This document shows, piece after piece, positions 20,852 to 31,172 of a DNA stretch of 64,000 nt (the first letter of the stretch is position 1; each line of letters opens with the position of its first letter). The translations under genes and the position numbers were made by a program. Under the pieces are notes generated by a model. That model had not been told where the DNA came from. It ran no database searches and saw only the letters and a program-made list of their open reading frames with translations. Source of the DNA: an uncultured bacterium (GTDB taxonomy: Bacteria; Krumholzibacteriota; Krumholzibacteriia; LZORAL124-64-63). Location: positions 288,001 to 352,000 of the forward strand of contig CAVSZB010000007.1 of NCBI GenBank assembly GCA_963732385.1. The letters run 5' to 3'.

Positions 20852-22771
20852 ATGGCGAATGTCCAACTGATCCTGCCTGACGGCAAGCTTCTGGACGCGG
20901 CGCAGGGCGCCCCGTTCCGTGATGTGGTGCGAACGCTCGGCGAAGGGTTACTGCGCAGCGCGCTGGCGGTGACCGTCGACGGGGCCAACTACACGCTGGA
21001 TGACCCCGTGGACGCGGGGGGACACTTCACTGTGATCACGCGGGGGAGCGAGCCGGGCCTGGAGACGCTGCGCCATTCGGCCGCTCACCTGATGGCCTGG
21101 GCGGTCAGCGATCTTTTTCCGGGCGTGAAGTTCGCCTTCGGGCCGGCGATCGAGAGCGGTTTCTACTACGATTTCGAGCGGACGGCATCGTTCACCGAGG
21201 AGGACCTGGGCCGGATCGAGAAGCGGATGCGGGAGCTGGCAGCCGGCAAGCTTGTGGTGGAGCGCCGGGAACTGTCAGCGGACGAGGCCCGCCGGCTGTT
21301 CCCCGACCAGCCGTACAAGCTGGAGCAGATAGCGAGTCTCGGCGACGTGCGACTGACCGTCTATAGGATGGGGGATTTTCTCGATCTCTGTGAGGGCCCG
21401 CACGTGCCGTCGACCGGCGAGTTGAAGGCTTTCAAGCTGCTGAGCGTCGCCGGCGCCTACTGGCGCGGCGACAGCAGTCGACCGATGCTGCAGCGCATCT
21501 ACGGCACCGCCTTCTTCAAGCAGGCGGAACTCGACGCGCACCTGACGCTGCTCGAGGAGGCCCGCAAGCGTGACCACCGCAGGCTCGGCCGGGAGCTGGA
21601 CCTCTTCGGCATCATGGACGAGGCAGGACCCGGTCTTACCTACTGGTTCCCCCGCGGGGACATTCTGCGCGAGCAGATCATAGACTACTGGAAGCAGGTT
21701 CACCGCGCGCGCGGTTACGTCACCGTGACCACGCCTCACATCTCGCTGGCCGATCTGTGGGAAACTTCCGGTCACATGCAGTTTTACCGCGAGAACATGT
21801 ACATCTTCGAGCAGGACGAGCGGCCGTACGTCGTCAAACCGATGAACTGCCCGGGGCACATCCTCATCTACAAGCGGCAGACCCGCAGTTATCGCCACCT
21901 GCCACTGCGTTACGCGGAACTGGGCACGGTCTATCGGGCCGAACTCAAGGGGACGCTGCACGGTCTGTTGCGGGTACGCGGTTTCACCCAGGACGACGCG
22001 CACATCTTCTGCACGCCGGAGCAACTCGAAGACGAGGTCAGCGGCGTGCTCGATCTCACGAAAGAGATTCTTAACACCTTCGGGTTCCGCGAGTTCAAGG
22101 TCGAACTGTCCGTCCGCGATCCTGCCAACAAGAGCAAGTACGCCGGCAGTGACGAGGAGTGGGAGGCGGCGGAACGGTCGCTCGTGAAGGCCCTGGCTGT
22201 GCACGACCTGGCCTACAGCCGGGAAGAGGGTGAGGCGGTCTTCTACGGTCCGAAGATCGACGTGAAGCTGATCGACGCGATCGGCCGCAAGTGGCAGGCC
22301 ACGACCGTGCAGTTCGATTTCAATCTGCCGCGGCGTTTCGGCGTCACCTACGTGGATGCCGGAGGACAGGAACAGTACGCCTACATGGTGCATCGGGCGA
22401 TCCTGGGCTCGCTGGAACGGTTCATCGGGGTCCTGACCGAGCACCACGCGGGCGATTTCCCGCTCTGGCTCGCGCCCGAGCAGGTTCGCGTGCTGAGCGT
22501 GAGCCGGGAGCAGCAGGTCTTCGCCGAGAAACTTGCGGAACGGCTGCGGTCCGCCGGTCTGCGGGCCGGCGTGGATGCGCGGGACGAGAAGATCGGCTTC
22601 AAGATCCGCGAGGCGGAACTGCTGCGGGTGCCGTACATGCTGGTCGTCGGGCGGCGAGAGGCGGAGGCGGACACCGTTGCGGTGCGGGCCCGTCGGGGCG
22701 AAGATCTCGGGGTTCGTCCTGTGGCCGACCTGATCAGAGATCTGCTTGACGAAGCGGGAGCCAGACGGTAG
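20852..22771 (+). CDS. thrS: Threonine--tRNA ligase
   Basis: 'RHSAAHL', 'DLCEGPH', 'RDHRRLG', 'KPMNCPGH', 'HRAILGSLERF'. Confidence 0.98.
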   Translation: MANVQLILPDGKLLDAAQGAPFRDVVRTLGEGLLRSALAVTVDGANYTLDDPVDAGGHFTVITRGSEPGLETLRHSAAHLMAWAVSDLFPGVKFAFGPAIESGFYYDFERTASFTEEDLGRIEKRMRELAAGKLVVERRELSADEARRLFPDQPYKLEQIASLGDVRLTVYRMGDFLDLCEGPHVPSTGELKAFKLLSVAGAYWRGDSSRPMLQRIYGTAFFKQAELDAHLTLLEEARKRDHRRLGRELDLFGIMDEAGPGLTYWFPRGDILREQIIDYWKQVHRARGYVTVTTPHISLADLWETSGHMQFYRENMYIFEQDERPYVVKPMNCPGHILIYKRQTRSYRHLPLRYAELGTVYRAELKGTLHGLLRVRGFTQDDAHIFCTPEQLEDEVSGVLDLTKEILNTFGFREFKVELSVRDPANKSKYAGSDEEWEAAERSLVKALAVHDLAYSREEGEAVFYGPKIDVKLIDAIGRKWQATTVQFDFNLPRRFGVTYVDAGGQEQYAYMVHRAILGSLERFIGVLTEHHAGDFPLWLAPEQVRVLSVSREQQVFAEKLAERLRSAGLRAGVDARDEKIGFKIREAELLRVPYMLVVGRREAEADTVAVRARRGEDLGVRPVADLIRDLLDEAGARR

Positions 22772-22821
22772 ATTGGTCCTGATCTCAAACGGGCCGGGTG
22801 CCGGGCGCCCGGACAAACGAG

Positions 22822-22912
22822 GCAAGCAGAGGCCCGCGGCCTCTCACCGTTGGCGGCCTTTCGGGGAAGCAACGGTTGGTACTCGCGCGGGCCATCGTGT
22901 CCGCTTTTTTCA
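22822..22912 (+). ncRNA. L20 leader-like ribosomal protein leader
   Basis: AAGCAGAGGCCCGCGGCCTCTCACC...GCGCGGGCC...CCGCTTTTTT upstream of infC-rpmI-rplT resembles the Firmicute L20 leader (AAGYAGAAGC..GCTTCTCACC plus terminator). Confidence 0.65.
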
Positions 22913-22964
22913 TTTGGGAGCCGGTTGACCTGCCGGCCCCGCGATCCCGGGGAGGTGGAGGGTT

Positions 22965-23504
22965 ATCAACGGCAGCACCCGGAACACCAAGACCATCCGC
23001 GTGAATCGCATGATCAAGATTCCCCGCATTCTCGTGGTGGACGAGAACGGGGAGCAGTTGGGCGTGCTCGACACGATGGCCGCTCTGGCGATCGCGGAGG
23101 AGCGGGGTCTCGACCTGGTCGAGGTGGCGCCCATGGCGCGCCCGCCCGTCTGCCGGATCATGGACTATGGCAAGTACAAGTACGAACTGAGCAAGAAGGC
23201 GCGCCGGACGCGGCAGCAGTCGCATGTGCAGAAGGTCAAGACGATCAAGTTCCGGCCCAAGACCGACGAGCACGACTACAACTTCAAAAAGAACCACATC
23301 GTCGAGTTTCTGCAGGACGGCGACAAAGTCCGGGTGATCATGCAATTCCGCGGCCGTGAGATCTCGCACATGGATCTTGGTCTGCAGTTCCTCGAGCATC
23401 TGGTGGCGGAGATCGCTGAGCACGGAACGCCCGAGAGTCATCCGCAGATCGAGGGGCGTACTGTGACGTTCATCGTGGCTCCCAAGAAGGGCGCCGGGTC
23501 TTAG
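22965..23504 (+). CDS. infC: Translation initiation factor IF-3 (probable ATC start)
   Basis: 'LDLVEVAP.ARPPVCRIMDYGKYKYE'; in-frame ATC at 22965, 8 nt after GGAGGT. Confidence 0.95.
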   Translation: MNGSTRNTKTIRVNRMIKIPRILVVDENGEQLGVLDTMAALAIAEERGLDLVEVAPMARPPVCRIMDYGKYKYELSKKARRTRQQSHVQKVKTIKFRPKTDEHDYNFKKNHIVEFLQDGDKVRVIMQFRGREISHMDLGLQFLEHLVAEIAEHGTPESHPQIEGRTVTFIVAPKKGAGS

Positions 23505-23596
23505 CTGGTGATCCGCGCCACCCCGGTCTCCGACCGGCAGGGCGCCGGCAGTTCCCCGCGCGGGGAACCCCGTGAATCCGAGAAAGGCAGCGCAGC

Positions 23597-23800
23597 ATGG
23601 CGAAGGTGAAGATGAAAACAAACCGGTCCGCGGCGAAGCGGTTCCGGGTGACCGGCACGGGCAGGATCAAGCGGGAGCACGCCTATCACGGGCATCTCTT
23701 CGAGGCCAAGAGCCCGAAGCGCAAGCGTAACCTCCGCAAGTCGGCGATGCTCGCACCGGCCGATGAGTCGCGCGTGAAGAGGATGCTCGGCAAGGGATGA
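23597..23800 (+). CDS. rpmI: 50S ribosomal protein L35
   Basis: 'KMKTNRSAAKRFRVTGTG'; lies after infC. Confidence 0.97.
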   Translation: MAKVKMKTNRSAAKRFRVTGTGRIKREHAYHGHLFEAKSPKRKRNLRKSAMLAPADESRVKRMLGKG

Positions 23801-23851
23801 CCGCGTTGCCGCGGAATGGGAATCGTGGACGACTTCTTGGAGGCTTGATTC

Positions 23852-24205
23852 ATGTCGCGGTCAAAGAACAACCCCGCAGCCAAGCATCGGCATAATAAGG
23901 TCCTCGCTCGCGCCAAGGGCTGCTACGCGGGCAGGCGCACGCAGTTTGTCGCTGCGCGGGAAACCACGGAGAGGGCACTGGCGTACGCCTATCGCGATCG
24001 CAAGGCGCGCAAGCGGGACTTCCGGCGTCTCTGGATCATCCGCATCAATGCGGCGGCGCGGTTGAACGGGCTCAGTTACAACAATTTCATCAACGGTCTC
24101 AAGTGCGCGAAGATCGAGATCGATCGCAAGATCCTCGCGGACATGGCAGTGCGCGATGCCACCGGATTCGCCCGGTTGGCGGCCATTGCGAAGACCGCCA
24201 AGTAG
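23852..24205 (+). CDS. rplT: 50S ribosomal protein L20
   Basis: '[26 protein letters not shown]', 'DRKILAD'. Confidence 0.98.
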   Translation: MSRSKNNPAAKHRHNKVLARAKGCYAGRRTQFVAARETTERALAYAYRDRKARKRDFRRLWIIRINAAARLNGLSYNNFINGLKCAKIEIDRKILADMAVRDATGFARLAAIAKTAK

Positions 24206-24242
24206 CCCGGCTCGCCTTGCCACGTGCCCAGGAAGGGACCCC

Positions 24243-25274
24243 ATGGGCGCCACGGATGAAGTTATTGACCGTCTCCGCGAGGAGGGGTTGGCGCGGCTTG
24301 CCCTGATCGCGGTCGCGGCTGACATCGAGTCGGCGCGCGTGGCGCTGTTCGGGCGCAAGAGTCAGCTCACCCAGGCCCTGCGCAGTCTGCGGGAACTGCC
24401 CGCAGACGAGCGTCCGGGGGCGGGAGATGCGCTCAACCGGCTCAAAGACGAATTGACGGCGCTGATCGAAGAGCGGGCGCGCCTGCTGGTTCCGGCGGCC
24501 GGCTCCGGCGGCCGGCTCGATCTGACCCTACCGGGACGACCGCCGGTGATCCCCGGCGCACTGCACCCTCTGCGGGGCGTGCTGGAAGAGATTTGCGACA
24601 TTTTCTACAGCATGGGTTTCGCCCGCGCCGAGGGGCCGGACGTCGAACTCGACTACTATAATTTCACGGCGCTCAACTTTCCCGACGATCACCCGGCCCG
24701 GGACAGTCAGGACACGTTCTATGTCAATGACGCCGTCTGTCTGCGCACTCAGACATCGCCGGCGCAGGTGCGGATCATGGAGCGCAACCAGCCGCCGCTC
24801 GCCTGCATCGTGCCGGGACGGGTCTACCGCAACGAGGCCAACGACGCTTCCCACGCGAGTGAGTTCTACCAGATTGAGGGGTTCTGCGTCGATCGGGACA
24901 TCAGCCTCGCCGACCTGCGCACCACGGTTGAGCAGTTCGTGCGTCGGTTCTTCGGCGAGGGGCGGCAACTCCGCTTCCGGCCGCATTTCTTCCCGTTCAC
25001 GGAGCCGTCCGTGGAAGTTGACATGACCTGCGCGGCGTGTGGCGGCTCGGGCTGCGGAGTCTGCGGGCGGACCGGCTGGCTGGAGATCATGGGGGCGGGC
25101 ATGATCCACCCCAGTGTCTTTGCCGCCGCCGGCTACCCCGTGGATGCCTGCACCGGCTATGCCTTCGGGCTGGGCATCGACCGGATCACCATGCTGCGGT
25201 ACGGCATCGAAGACATCCGCCTGCTCTACGAGAACGACCTGCGGTTCCTCTCGCAGTTCCGAGGTGTCTGGTGA
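24243..25274 (+). CDS. pheS: Phenylalanine--tRNA ligase alpha subunit
   Basis: 'HPARDSQDTFY', 'LRTQTS', 'FPFTEPS', 'FGLGIDR'. Confidence 0.98.
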   Translation: MGATDEVIDRLREEGLARLALIAVAADIESARVALFGRKSQLTQALRSLRELPADERPGAGDALNRLKDELTALIEERARLLVPAAGSGGRLDLTLPGRPPVIPGALHPLRGVLEEICDIFYSMGFARAEGPDVELDYYNFTALNFPDDHPARDSQDTFYVNDAVCLRTQTSPAQVRIMERNQPPLACIVPGRVYRNEANDASHASEFYQIEGFCVDRDISLADLRTTVEQFVRRFFGEGRQLRFRPHFFPFTEPSVEVDMTCAACGGSGCGVCGRTGWLEIMGAGMIHPSVFAAAGYPVDACTGYAFGLGIDRITMLRYGIEDIRLLYENDLRFLSQFRGVW

Positions 25275-27727
25275 AGATCAGTCTGGACTGGCTCCGTGAT
25301 TTCGTGGCCTGGCCGGGCGATGCTCAGGAACTGGCGGCGCGCCTGACGATGAGCGGGCTCAATGTCGAGCGGGTGGAGGAGTTCGCCATCACCCTGCCGG
25401 GCGTGGTGGTCGCGCATGTGCTCGACGTGCAGCGACACCCCCAGGCCGACAAGCTGAGCGTTTGCCAGGTCCACGACGGCGCGCGCACTCTGACCGTCGT
25501 GTGCGGCGCTCCCAACGTGCGGGCCGATCAGCGCGTGCTGTTGGCTGTCCCCGGCGCGGAACTGCCTGGCGGAGTGAAGATCAAGGCCGCACGTATCCGG
25601 GGAACCGAGAGCCACGGCATGATCTGCTCGGCGCGGGAACTCGGGCTTGGCGGAGAGGGCGGCGGCATCATGGAACTGCCGGAGGCCGCGCGCCCCGGCA
25701 CGCCGGCCGACGCTTTGTACGGGTTCCGCGATCAGGTGCTCGACATCGAGGTCACCCCCAACCGGCCCGACTGGCTCAGCCATTTCGGAGTGGCGCGCGA
25801 GGTGGCCGCGCTCACTCGCGCCATTCTGGGCGCTCCCGTGCTCTGGACGCCGCCCAAGTCCGGCAGCGAACGCCTCGATTGGGCGGTCGATATCGAGAGT
25901 TTCACCGACTGTCCCCGCTACACGGCGCACCTCGCGCGGTCCTTGTGCGTGGGCCCGTCGCCCGATTTCATACGCAACCGCCTGCTGGCCATCGGGCAGC
26001 GGCCGACCAACAACGTGGTCGACATCACGAACTACGTCATGTTCGAACTGGGCCAGCCGCTGCATGCGTTCGACCGGGCGAAGCTCAGCGGCACGCGGCT
26101 GTCCGTCAGGCGCGCCGCTGCCGGCACGCAGTTCGAAGCGCTCGACGGGCGCAACCTCACGCTTGGAGAGGACCATCTTGTCATCGCTGACTCGGCGGGG
26201 GCGGTGGCGCTGGCCGGCGTAATGGGCGGCGCGCGGAGCGAGGTCGACGATGGCACCGTCGAGGTCCTGCTCGAGAGCGCCTATTTCCAGCCGCTGCTCG
26301 TACGTCGCGCCGCGCGCGTCCTTGGTCTCACTTCGGAGAGTTCCTACCGGTTCGAACGCGAGGCCGACTGGCAGATGGTGGAAAAGGCGGCGCAGCGCGC
26401 GCTTCACCTGCTGCAGCAGCACGCCGGGGCGCGTATCGTGCCCGACCGGGTGGACCGGCAGAATCCGGACCGGGAGGCGCAGCCGTCGATTCCGCTGCGC
26501 ATCGCCCAGGTCAACCGCCTGCTCGGCACGGAGCTCGAAACGACGGAGGTCGTGACCGCACTGCAGGCGCTGGACCTGACGGTCGTGCCGCTCGGACAGG
26601 TGCGCAATCGCAAGAGTGGCTCCGCCAATCTGATGGTGGCGATTCCGTCCTTCCGGCGCGACCTGCATGCCGAGGTGGACCTGATCGAAGAAATTGCGCG
26701 GGTGAGGGGATTCGACACCATTCCGGTGCGGGAAGCTTTCCGCGGAGGGGGAGGGGCGTCGCGGCGGCCGGTGGATCTGGCGCGGGAGCGCACGCGAGGG
26801 TTCCTGAGCGCTTCCGGGTACACCGAAATCATTACGTCGTCGTTCATGGGGCGTGACGATCTCGACCGTCTGTCCCTGGCCGCGGATGATCCTCGGCGCG
26901 ACTGTCTCGCTGTCCGCAACGCCTGCCAGGGAGGAGACCTGCTCCTGCGCACCTCGCTCACGCCGGCGCTGTTGCGGATCATCTGCCGGAACGTGAATGC
27001 CGACTGCGACCTGCCGGTGCGGCTGTTCCAGACCCACAGGATTTTCCTCCCTTCCGACGGCCGTCCGGTGGATGCCCGGCGGGACGAAGAGGATCTTTTG
27101 CCTCGGGAATCGCTGCGTCTGCAGTTCGCGGTGTGTGGTCGGCAGGACGTTCTGGCGGAGGGTGTTCCGGCCGATCTGTTCGAAATCAAGGGCCTCGTGG
27201 CATCTCTGGCGGAACAGCTCGGGGTGGCGATCACGGTGGAACCGGGAGCTGCCGAGCCCTGGTTGGCCGAGGGCCGGCAGTGGACGCTGCGACGTCGTGA
27301 CGGCTCTGTTGCAGGCGTCGCCGGCTCCGTGACACCGGCCACGCTGGCAGCCTACGGCCTCGAATTGCCAGTTGTGATGGCCGAAATGGCGCTCTCGGAG
27401 TTGCCGGCAGAAACGTCCACTTTTAGCTACCGCCCGTTTTCCCGCTTTCCGGCCGTGAAAAGGGACCTCTCCCTCATCGTTCCCGACGGGGTGCCGTTCG
27501 CCAGCGTCGGGGCTACGGTGAGGGAATTGGGCGGTGAATTGCTCGAGAGCGTGGAACTCTTTGATATTTATCGAGGTAAGGGAATCGATCTCAACGCCGC
27601 CGCGTTGGGAATTCGCTTGAAGTTCCGGTCGGCTAAAAGTAACCTCAAAGGCACGGCGGTGGATAAATCGCTCGCCCTGATCACGGCGGCGCTCGACGAA
27701 CGTCATGGTGTGCGGCTGCGGGCCTGA
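25271..27727 (+). CDS. pheT: Phenylalanine--tRNA ligase beta subunit
   Basis: 'KISLDWL', 'VCGAPNV', 'TPNRPD', 'QPLHAFD', 'RFPAVKRDLS'; GTGA overlap with pheS. Confidence 0.97.
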   Translation: MKISLDWLRDFVAWPGDAQELAARLTMSGLNVERVEEFAITLPGVVVAHVLDVQRHPQADKLSVCQVHDGARTLTVVCGAPNVRADQRVLLAVPGAELPGGVKIKAARIRGTESHGMICSARELGLGGEGGGIMELPEAARPGTPADALYGFRDQVLDIEVTPNRPDWLSHFGVAREVAALTRAILGAPVLWTPPKSGSERLDWAVDIESFTDCPRYTAHLARSLCVGPSPDFIRNRLLAIGQRPTNNVVDITNYVMFELGQPLHAFDRAKLSGTRLSVRRAAAGTQFEALDGRNLTLGEDHLVIADSAGAVALAGVMGGARSEVDDGTVEVLLESAYFQPLLVRRAARVLGLTSESSYRFEREADWQMVEKAAQRALHLLQQHAGARIVPDRVDRQNPDREAQPSIPLRIAQVNRLLGTELETTEVVTALQALDLTVVPLGQVRNRKSGSANLMVAIPSFRRDLHAEVDLIEEIARVRGFDTIPVREAFRGGGGASRRPVDLARERTRGFLSASGYTEIITSSFMGRDDLDRLSLAADDPRRDCLAVRNACQGGDLLLRTSLTPALLRIICRNVNADCDLPVRLFQTHRIFLPSDGRPVDARRDEEDLLPRESLRLQFAVCGRQDVLAEGVPADLFEIKGLVASLAEQLGVAITVEPGAAEPWLAEGRQWTLRRRDGSVAGVAGSVTPATLAAYGLELPVVMAEMALSELPAETSTFSYRPFSRFPAVKRDLSLIVPDGVPFASVGATVRELGGELLESVELFDIYRGKGIDLNAAALGIRLKFRSAKSNLKGTAVDKSLALITAALDERHGVRLRA

Positions 27728-27777
27728 GTTCGGCGGCGGTCGTCGGCGGTCGGCAACGGCTCGGATGGGACAATGTT

Positions 27778-28047
27778 ATGGAAGACAACCTGGAACGGCT
27801 GGAGGAGAAGGTACTCAAGGCGGTGCGGCTCATCCAGGAATTGCGGAGTGAGAACGACCGTCTTCAGCGGCAGCGCTCACAACTCGAGAGCGAGTTTGCC
27901 GCCCTGCACGAGCGGAGCGAGCGATTGGGCAGCGATCTCGAAGAGGCGCGCGCCGTCGCCGCGACCGTGGAGAATTTCGAGGAGCACAGGAAGATTATTG
28001 AGGAGAAGGTAGGAGGCCTTCTGGCGAAGCTCGACCAGATCGGGTGA
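27778..28047 (+). CDS. ZapB-like coiled-coil cell division protein
   Basis: All-heptad 89-aa protein 'LERLEEKV..AV.LI..LR.EN' directly upstream of zapA. Confidence 0.7.
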   Translation: MEDNLERLEEKVLKAVRLIQELRSENDRLQRQRSQLESEFAALHERSERLGSDLEEARAVAATVENFEEHRKIIEEKVGGLLAKLDQIG

Positions 28048-28133
28048 CGGGCGCGGGCCGGGAATGGGCGCGCTCCACGTCGCTCGCAGCAGCCGCGAGC
28101 CGGAGGGCATCGCGGCGCAGGAAATGGTTGCGG

Positions 28134-28427
28134 ATGCTCGATCCACACAGCGTGACCGTTAACATCTATGGCCATGAGTACACCCTGAAAGGGGAGGCGG
28201 AACCGGAGTACGTCGAAAAGGTGGCCGAGTTCGTGGACCGCAAGATGCACGAAGTTGCGGGTAGTTCCACTCTCGTTTCGACCACCAAGATCGCGATTCT
28301 CGCGGCCATCAACGTTGCCGACGAGCTTTTTCGCGAGCGTCGCAAGCGCCAGGAGGCCCTGGCCCTGCTCGACGACAAGACCGGTCAGATCGCCACGCTT
28401 CTGGAACAGGAAATGGACAAGCTGTGA
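28134..28427 (+). CDS. zapA: Cell division protein ZapA
   Basis: 'VTVNIYGHEYTL...VAEFVDRKM...AILAAINVADEL'. Confidence 0.92.
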   Translation: MLDPHSVTVNIYGHEYTLKGEAEPEYVEKVAEFVDRKMHEVAGSSTLVSTTKIAILAAINVADELFRERRKRQEALALLDDKTGQIATLLEQEMDKL

Positions 28428-28449
28428 GCCACCGCGGCCTGGAAATTGG

Positions 28450-28620
28450 ATTCCCTGCTTGGCCCGTGATGCGCTGGGTTATTTGAGCCAACACCCAGTC
28501 AGCGGGACCCCGGGGTTCCCGCGTCGGAACAGCTCTTCGGAGGGTTCAGGCGAGGGACAGGGGACCCACCTGAAGCGATTAGGTTCAATTGCTTCTGGCG
28601 CACACGACCCGGCGGGGAAT
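28450..28620 (+). ncRNA. ssrS: 6S RNA
   Basis: Terminal stem ATTCCCTGC/GCGGGGAAT, TTGAGCC...GGTTCAA pairing, CCCACC element; conserved zapA-6S-rny position. Confidence 0.85.
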
Positions 28621-28687
28621 CCGAATTCTCCCTGTCGAGCTTTCTGATGGCCCGCCGTCTCCTCTCCTCCGGGGGAGAGGTATTCTG

Positions 28688-30259
28688 ATGACCGGTATCC
28701 CTGTCGCCATGGTTGCCATAGTCGCCATCGTTGCCGCCGCCTCCGGTTTTGCCGGCGGTTGGTTCGCGCAGCGGATGCGCGCCGCCCGTCTGCAGGGCGA
28801 CGCTCGCGAGGTCCGCGATCGTCTGCTGCGGGAGGCGGAACGGGAGGCGTCCGCGCTGCATCGCAACGCGGAAATCGAGGCGAAGGACCTGATGCTCAAG
28901 TCCCGCGAGACCTTCACCGCGGAGACCAGCAAGACGCGGCTGGAGCAGGCCCGTCGCGGGGAACTGCTGGACGAGCGCGAGATGGGGCTAAGCAAGAAGA
29001 TCCTGCTGCTCGATCAGAAGGAAATGCGCCTCGAAAACCGTGACGAGGAACTGAAAGGGGGCCTGACGGCCCTCGAAGCGGAACGGAAGCGGGTGCAGGA
29101 GAGCGTGGCGGAGCAGAATCTCAAGCTTGAATACATCGCCGGGCTCACGGCCGCGGAAGCGCGGCGGCTGCTTGAGGAGAACATCCTCGCCGACGCCCGC
29201 GCTTCCGCGGCTCGCCGGGTCCGTGATGTCCGCGACGAGGCGGAGCGGCACGCCAAGCGGGAGGCGCAGCAGGTGTTGTCGCTGGCGGTGCAGCGTTACG
29301 CATCCGAGCACGTGGCCGAGACGGTGGTCTCGGTGGTGGATCTGCCGAGCGACGACATGAAAGGGCGCATCATCGGTCGCGAGGGGCGGAACATCCGGGC
29401 CTTCGAACTCGCCACCGGCATCGACGTCATCATCGACGATACGCCTGAGGCGGTGATCATCTCCGGCTTCGACCCGGTGCGGCGCGAGGTGGCGCGCCTG
29501 TCGCTCCAGAAGCTGATCCGCGACGGACGGATCCACCCGGGCCGGATCGAGGAGGTCGTGGTCAAGACCCGCCAGGAGATGATGGAGAAGATCCGCGAGA
29601 TCGGCGAGCAGGTTTGTCTCGATCTCAATCTCCAGAAAATCCATCCGGATCTCCATCAGTACATTGGCCGTCTGCACTATCGGACCAGCTACGGCCAGAA
29701 CCTCCTCCTGCACTGCAAGGAGGTGGCGGCCGTGGCGTCGATCATCGCCAGCGAAATGGGCCTCGACCACCGCCTTGCGCAGCGTTGCGGTTTCCTGCAC
29801 GACATCGGCAAGGCGGCCGAGCACGAGATGGAGGGGCCCCACGCGCTGGTCGGGGCCAGGCTGCTCAAGAAGTATGGCGAAAATGAAATCGTGCTCAACG
29901 CAGTGGGCGGCCATCATCAGGATCTGGAAACCACTTCGCCCTACACGTTCATCACGACGGCCGCGGACGCCGTTTCAGCCTCGCGGCCGGGCGCGCGCCG
30001 GGAGAGCCTCGAGAATTATGTGAAACGCCTCGAAGGCCTTGAGAAGATCGCCGACAGCTTCGCCGGGGTCGAGAAATCGTACGCCATCCAGGCCGGTCGC
30101 GAGATCCGTATCCTGATCAATCCGAGCAAACTCAACGACGCCGAGGCGGCGCTGTTGGCCGAGGAGATCAGCCGGCGGGTGGAAGGTGAACTGGAGTACC
30201 CCGGCCAGATCAAGGTCACGGTGATTCGCGAGACGCGGGCCGTGGCGTACGCCCGCTGA
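28688..30259 (+). CDS. rny: Ribonuclease Y
   Basis: N-terminal TM helix, coiled coil, KH 'KGRIIGREGRNIR', HD 'LHDIGK', 'RPGARRE'. Confidence 0.97.
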   Translation: MTGIPVAMVAIVAIVAAASGFAGGWFAQRMRAARLQGDAREVRDRLLREAEREASALHRNAEIEAKDLMLKSRETFTAETSKTRLEQARRGELLDEREMGLSKKILLLDQKEMRLENRDEELKGGLTALEAERKRVQESVAEQNLKLEYIAGLTAAEARRLLEENILADARASAARRVRDVRDEAERHAKREAQQVLSLAVQRYASEHVAETVVSVVDLPSDDMKGRIIGREGRNIRAFELATGIDVIIDDTPEAVIISGFDPVRREVARLSLQKLIRDGRIHPGRIEEVVVKTRQEMMEKIREIGEQVCLDLNLQKIHPDLHQYIGRLHYRTSYGQNLLLHCKEVAAVASIIASEMGLDHRLAQRCGFLHDIGKAAEHEMEGPHALVGARLLKKYGENEIVLNAVGGHHQDLETTSPYTFITTAADAVSASRPGARRESLENYVKRLEGLEKIADSFAGVEKSYAIQAGREIRILINPSKLNDAEAALLAEEISRRVEGELEYPGQIKVTVIRETRAVAYAR

Positions 30260-30296
30260 GGGCCGGCGCGGCTGTGACGCCGGGGAGGAACGCACG

Positions 30297-31172
30297 GTGT
30301 TGACCCAGAGCCTGCGCGGGGAACCGGTCCGCGACGCGATCCTGGCCGAACTGCGCGAAAACCTCCGTGAGGCCTCCCGCCCGCCTGGTCTGGCGGTCGT
30401 GCTCGCAGGGGAGGACCCGGCTTCCGCCGTATATGTGGGGCGGAAGGAAAAGGCCTGCACGGCGCTCGGTTACCATCACGTCACCCACCGCTTTCCCGCT
30501 TCGGTGTCCGAAACGGAACTGCTCGATCATCTGCGAGCGCTCAACGCCGATCCGGCAATCGATGGCATCCTCGTTCAACTGCCGCTGCCGGTCGGCGTGG
30601 ATGCGGAGCGGGTCCTGCGGGCGGTCGACCCGCGCAAGGACGTCGACGGATTCCATCCCGAGAACCTCGGCCTGCTCGTGGCCGGACGGCCGCGTTTCGT
30701 GCCCTGCACGCCCGCCGGGGTGGTGCGTCTGTTGCGGCACTATGGCCTGGCGACGGCGGGCCGGCGCGTCGTGGTGGTGGGACGCAGCCTGATCGTGGGG
30801 CGTCCGCTCGCGCTGTTGCTGGCGCAGAAGGGACCGGGCGGAGACGCCACGGTCACGCTTTGCCACTCCGCCACGCGGGATCTGGCCGCCGAGACCGCCC
30901 GTGCCGACATCCTCGTGGCAGCCATGGGCGTCCCACGCGCGCTGGGGCGCGCGCACGTGGCATCCGGCGCCGTGGTCGTGGATGTCGGCATCAACCGGCA
31001 ACCATCGTCGACGGGTGGCAGGCCCGTTCTCGTGGGCGATGTGGATGCCGCGGCGCTCGATGGCTGGGCCTCTGCGGTCACGCCGGTGCCCGGTGGCGTC
31101 GGTCCGGTGACAATCGCGATGCTGATGGCGAACACCTGGCAGGCCATGCGCGCCCGGGAAGCACTGCCGTGA
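30297..31172 (+). CDS. folD: Methylenetetrahydrofolate dehydrogenase/cyclohydrolase
   Basis: 'GILVQLPLP', 'KDVDGFHP', 'PCTP', 'TPVPGGVGP'. Confidence 0.97.
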   Translation: MLTQSLRGEPVRDAILAELRENLREASRPPGLAVVLAGEDPASAVYVGRKEKACTALGYHHVTHRFPASVSETELLDHLRALNADPAIDGILVQLPLPVGVDAERVLRAVDPRKDVDGFHPENLGLLVAGRPRFVPCTPAGVVRLLRHYGLATAGRRVVVVGRSLIVGRPLALLLAQKGPGGDATVTLCHSATRDLAAETARADILVAAMGVPRALGRAHVASGAVVVDVGINRQPSSTGGRPVLVGDVDAAALDGWASAVTPVPGGVGPVTIAMLMANTWQAMRAREALP

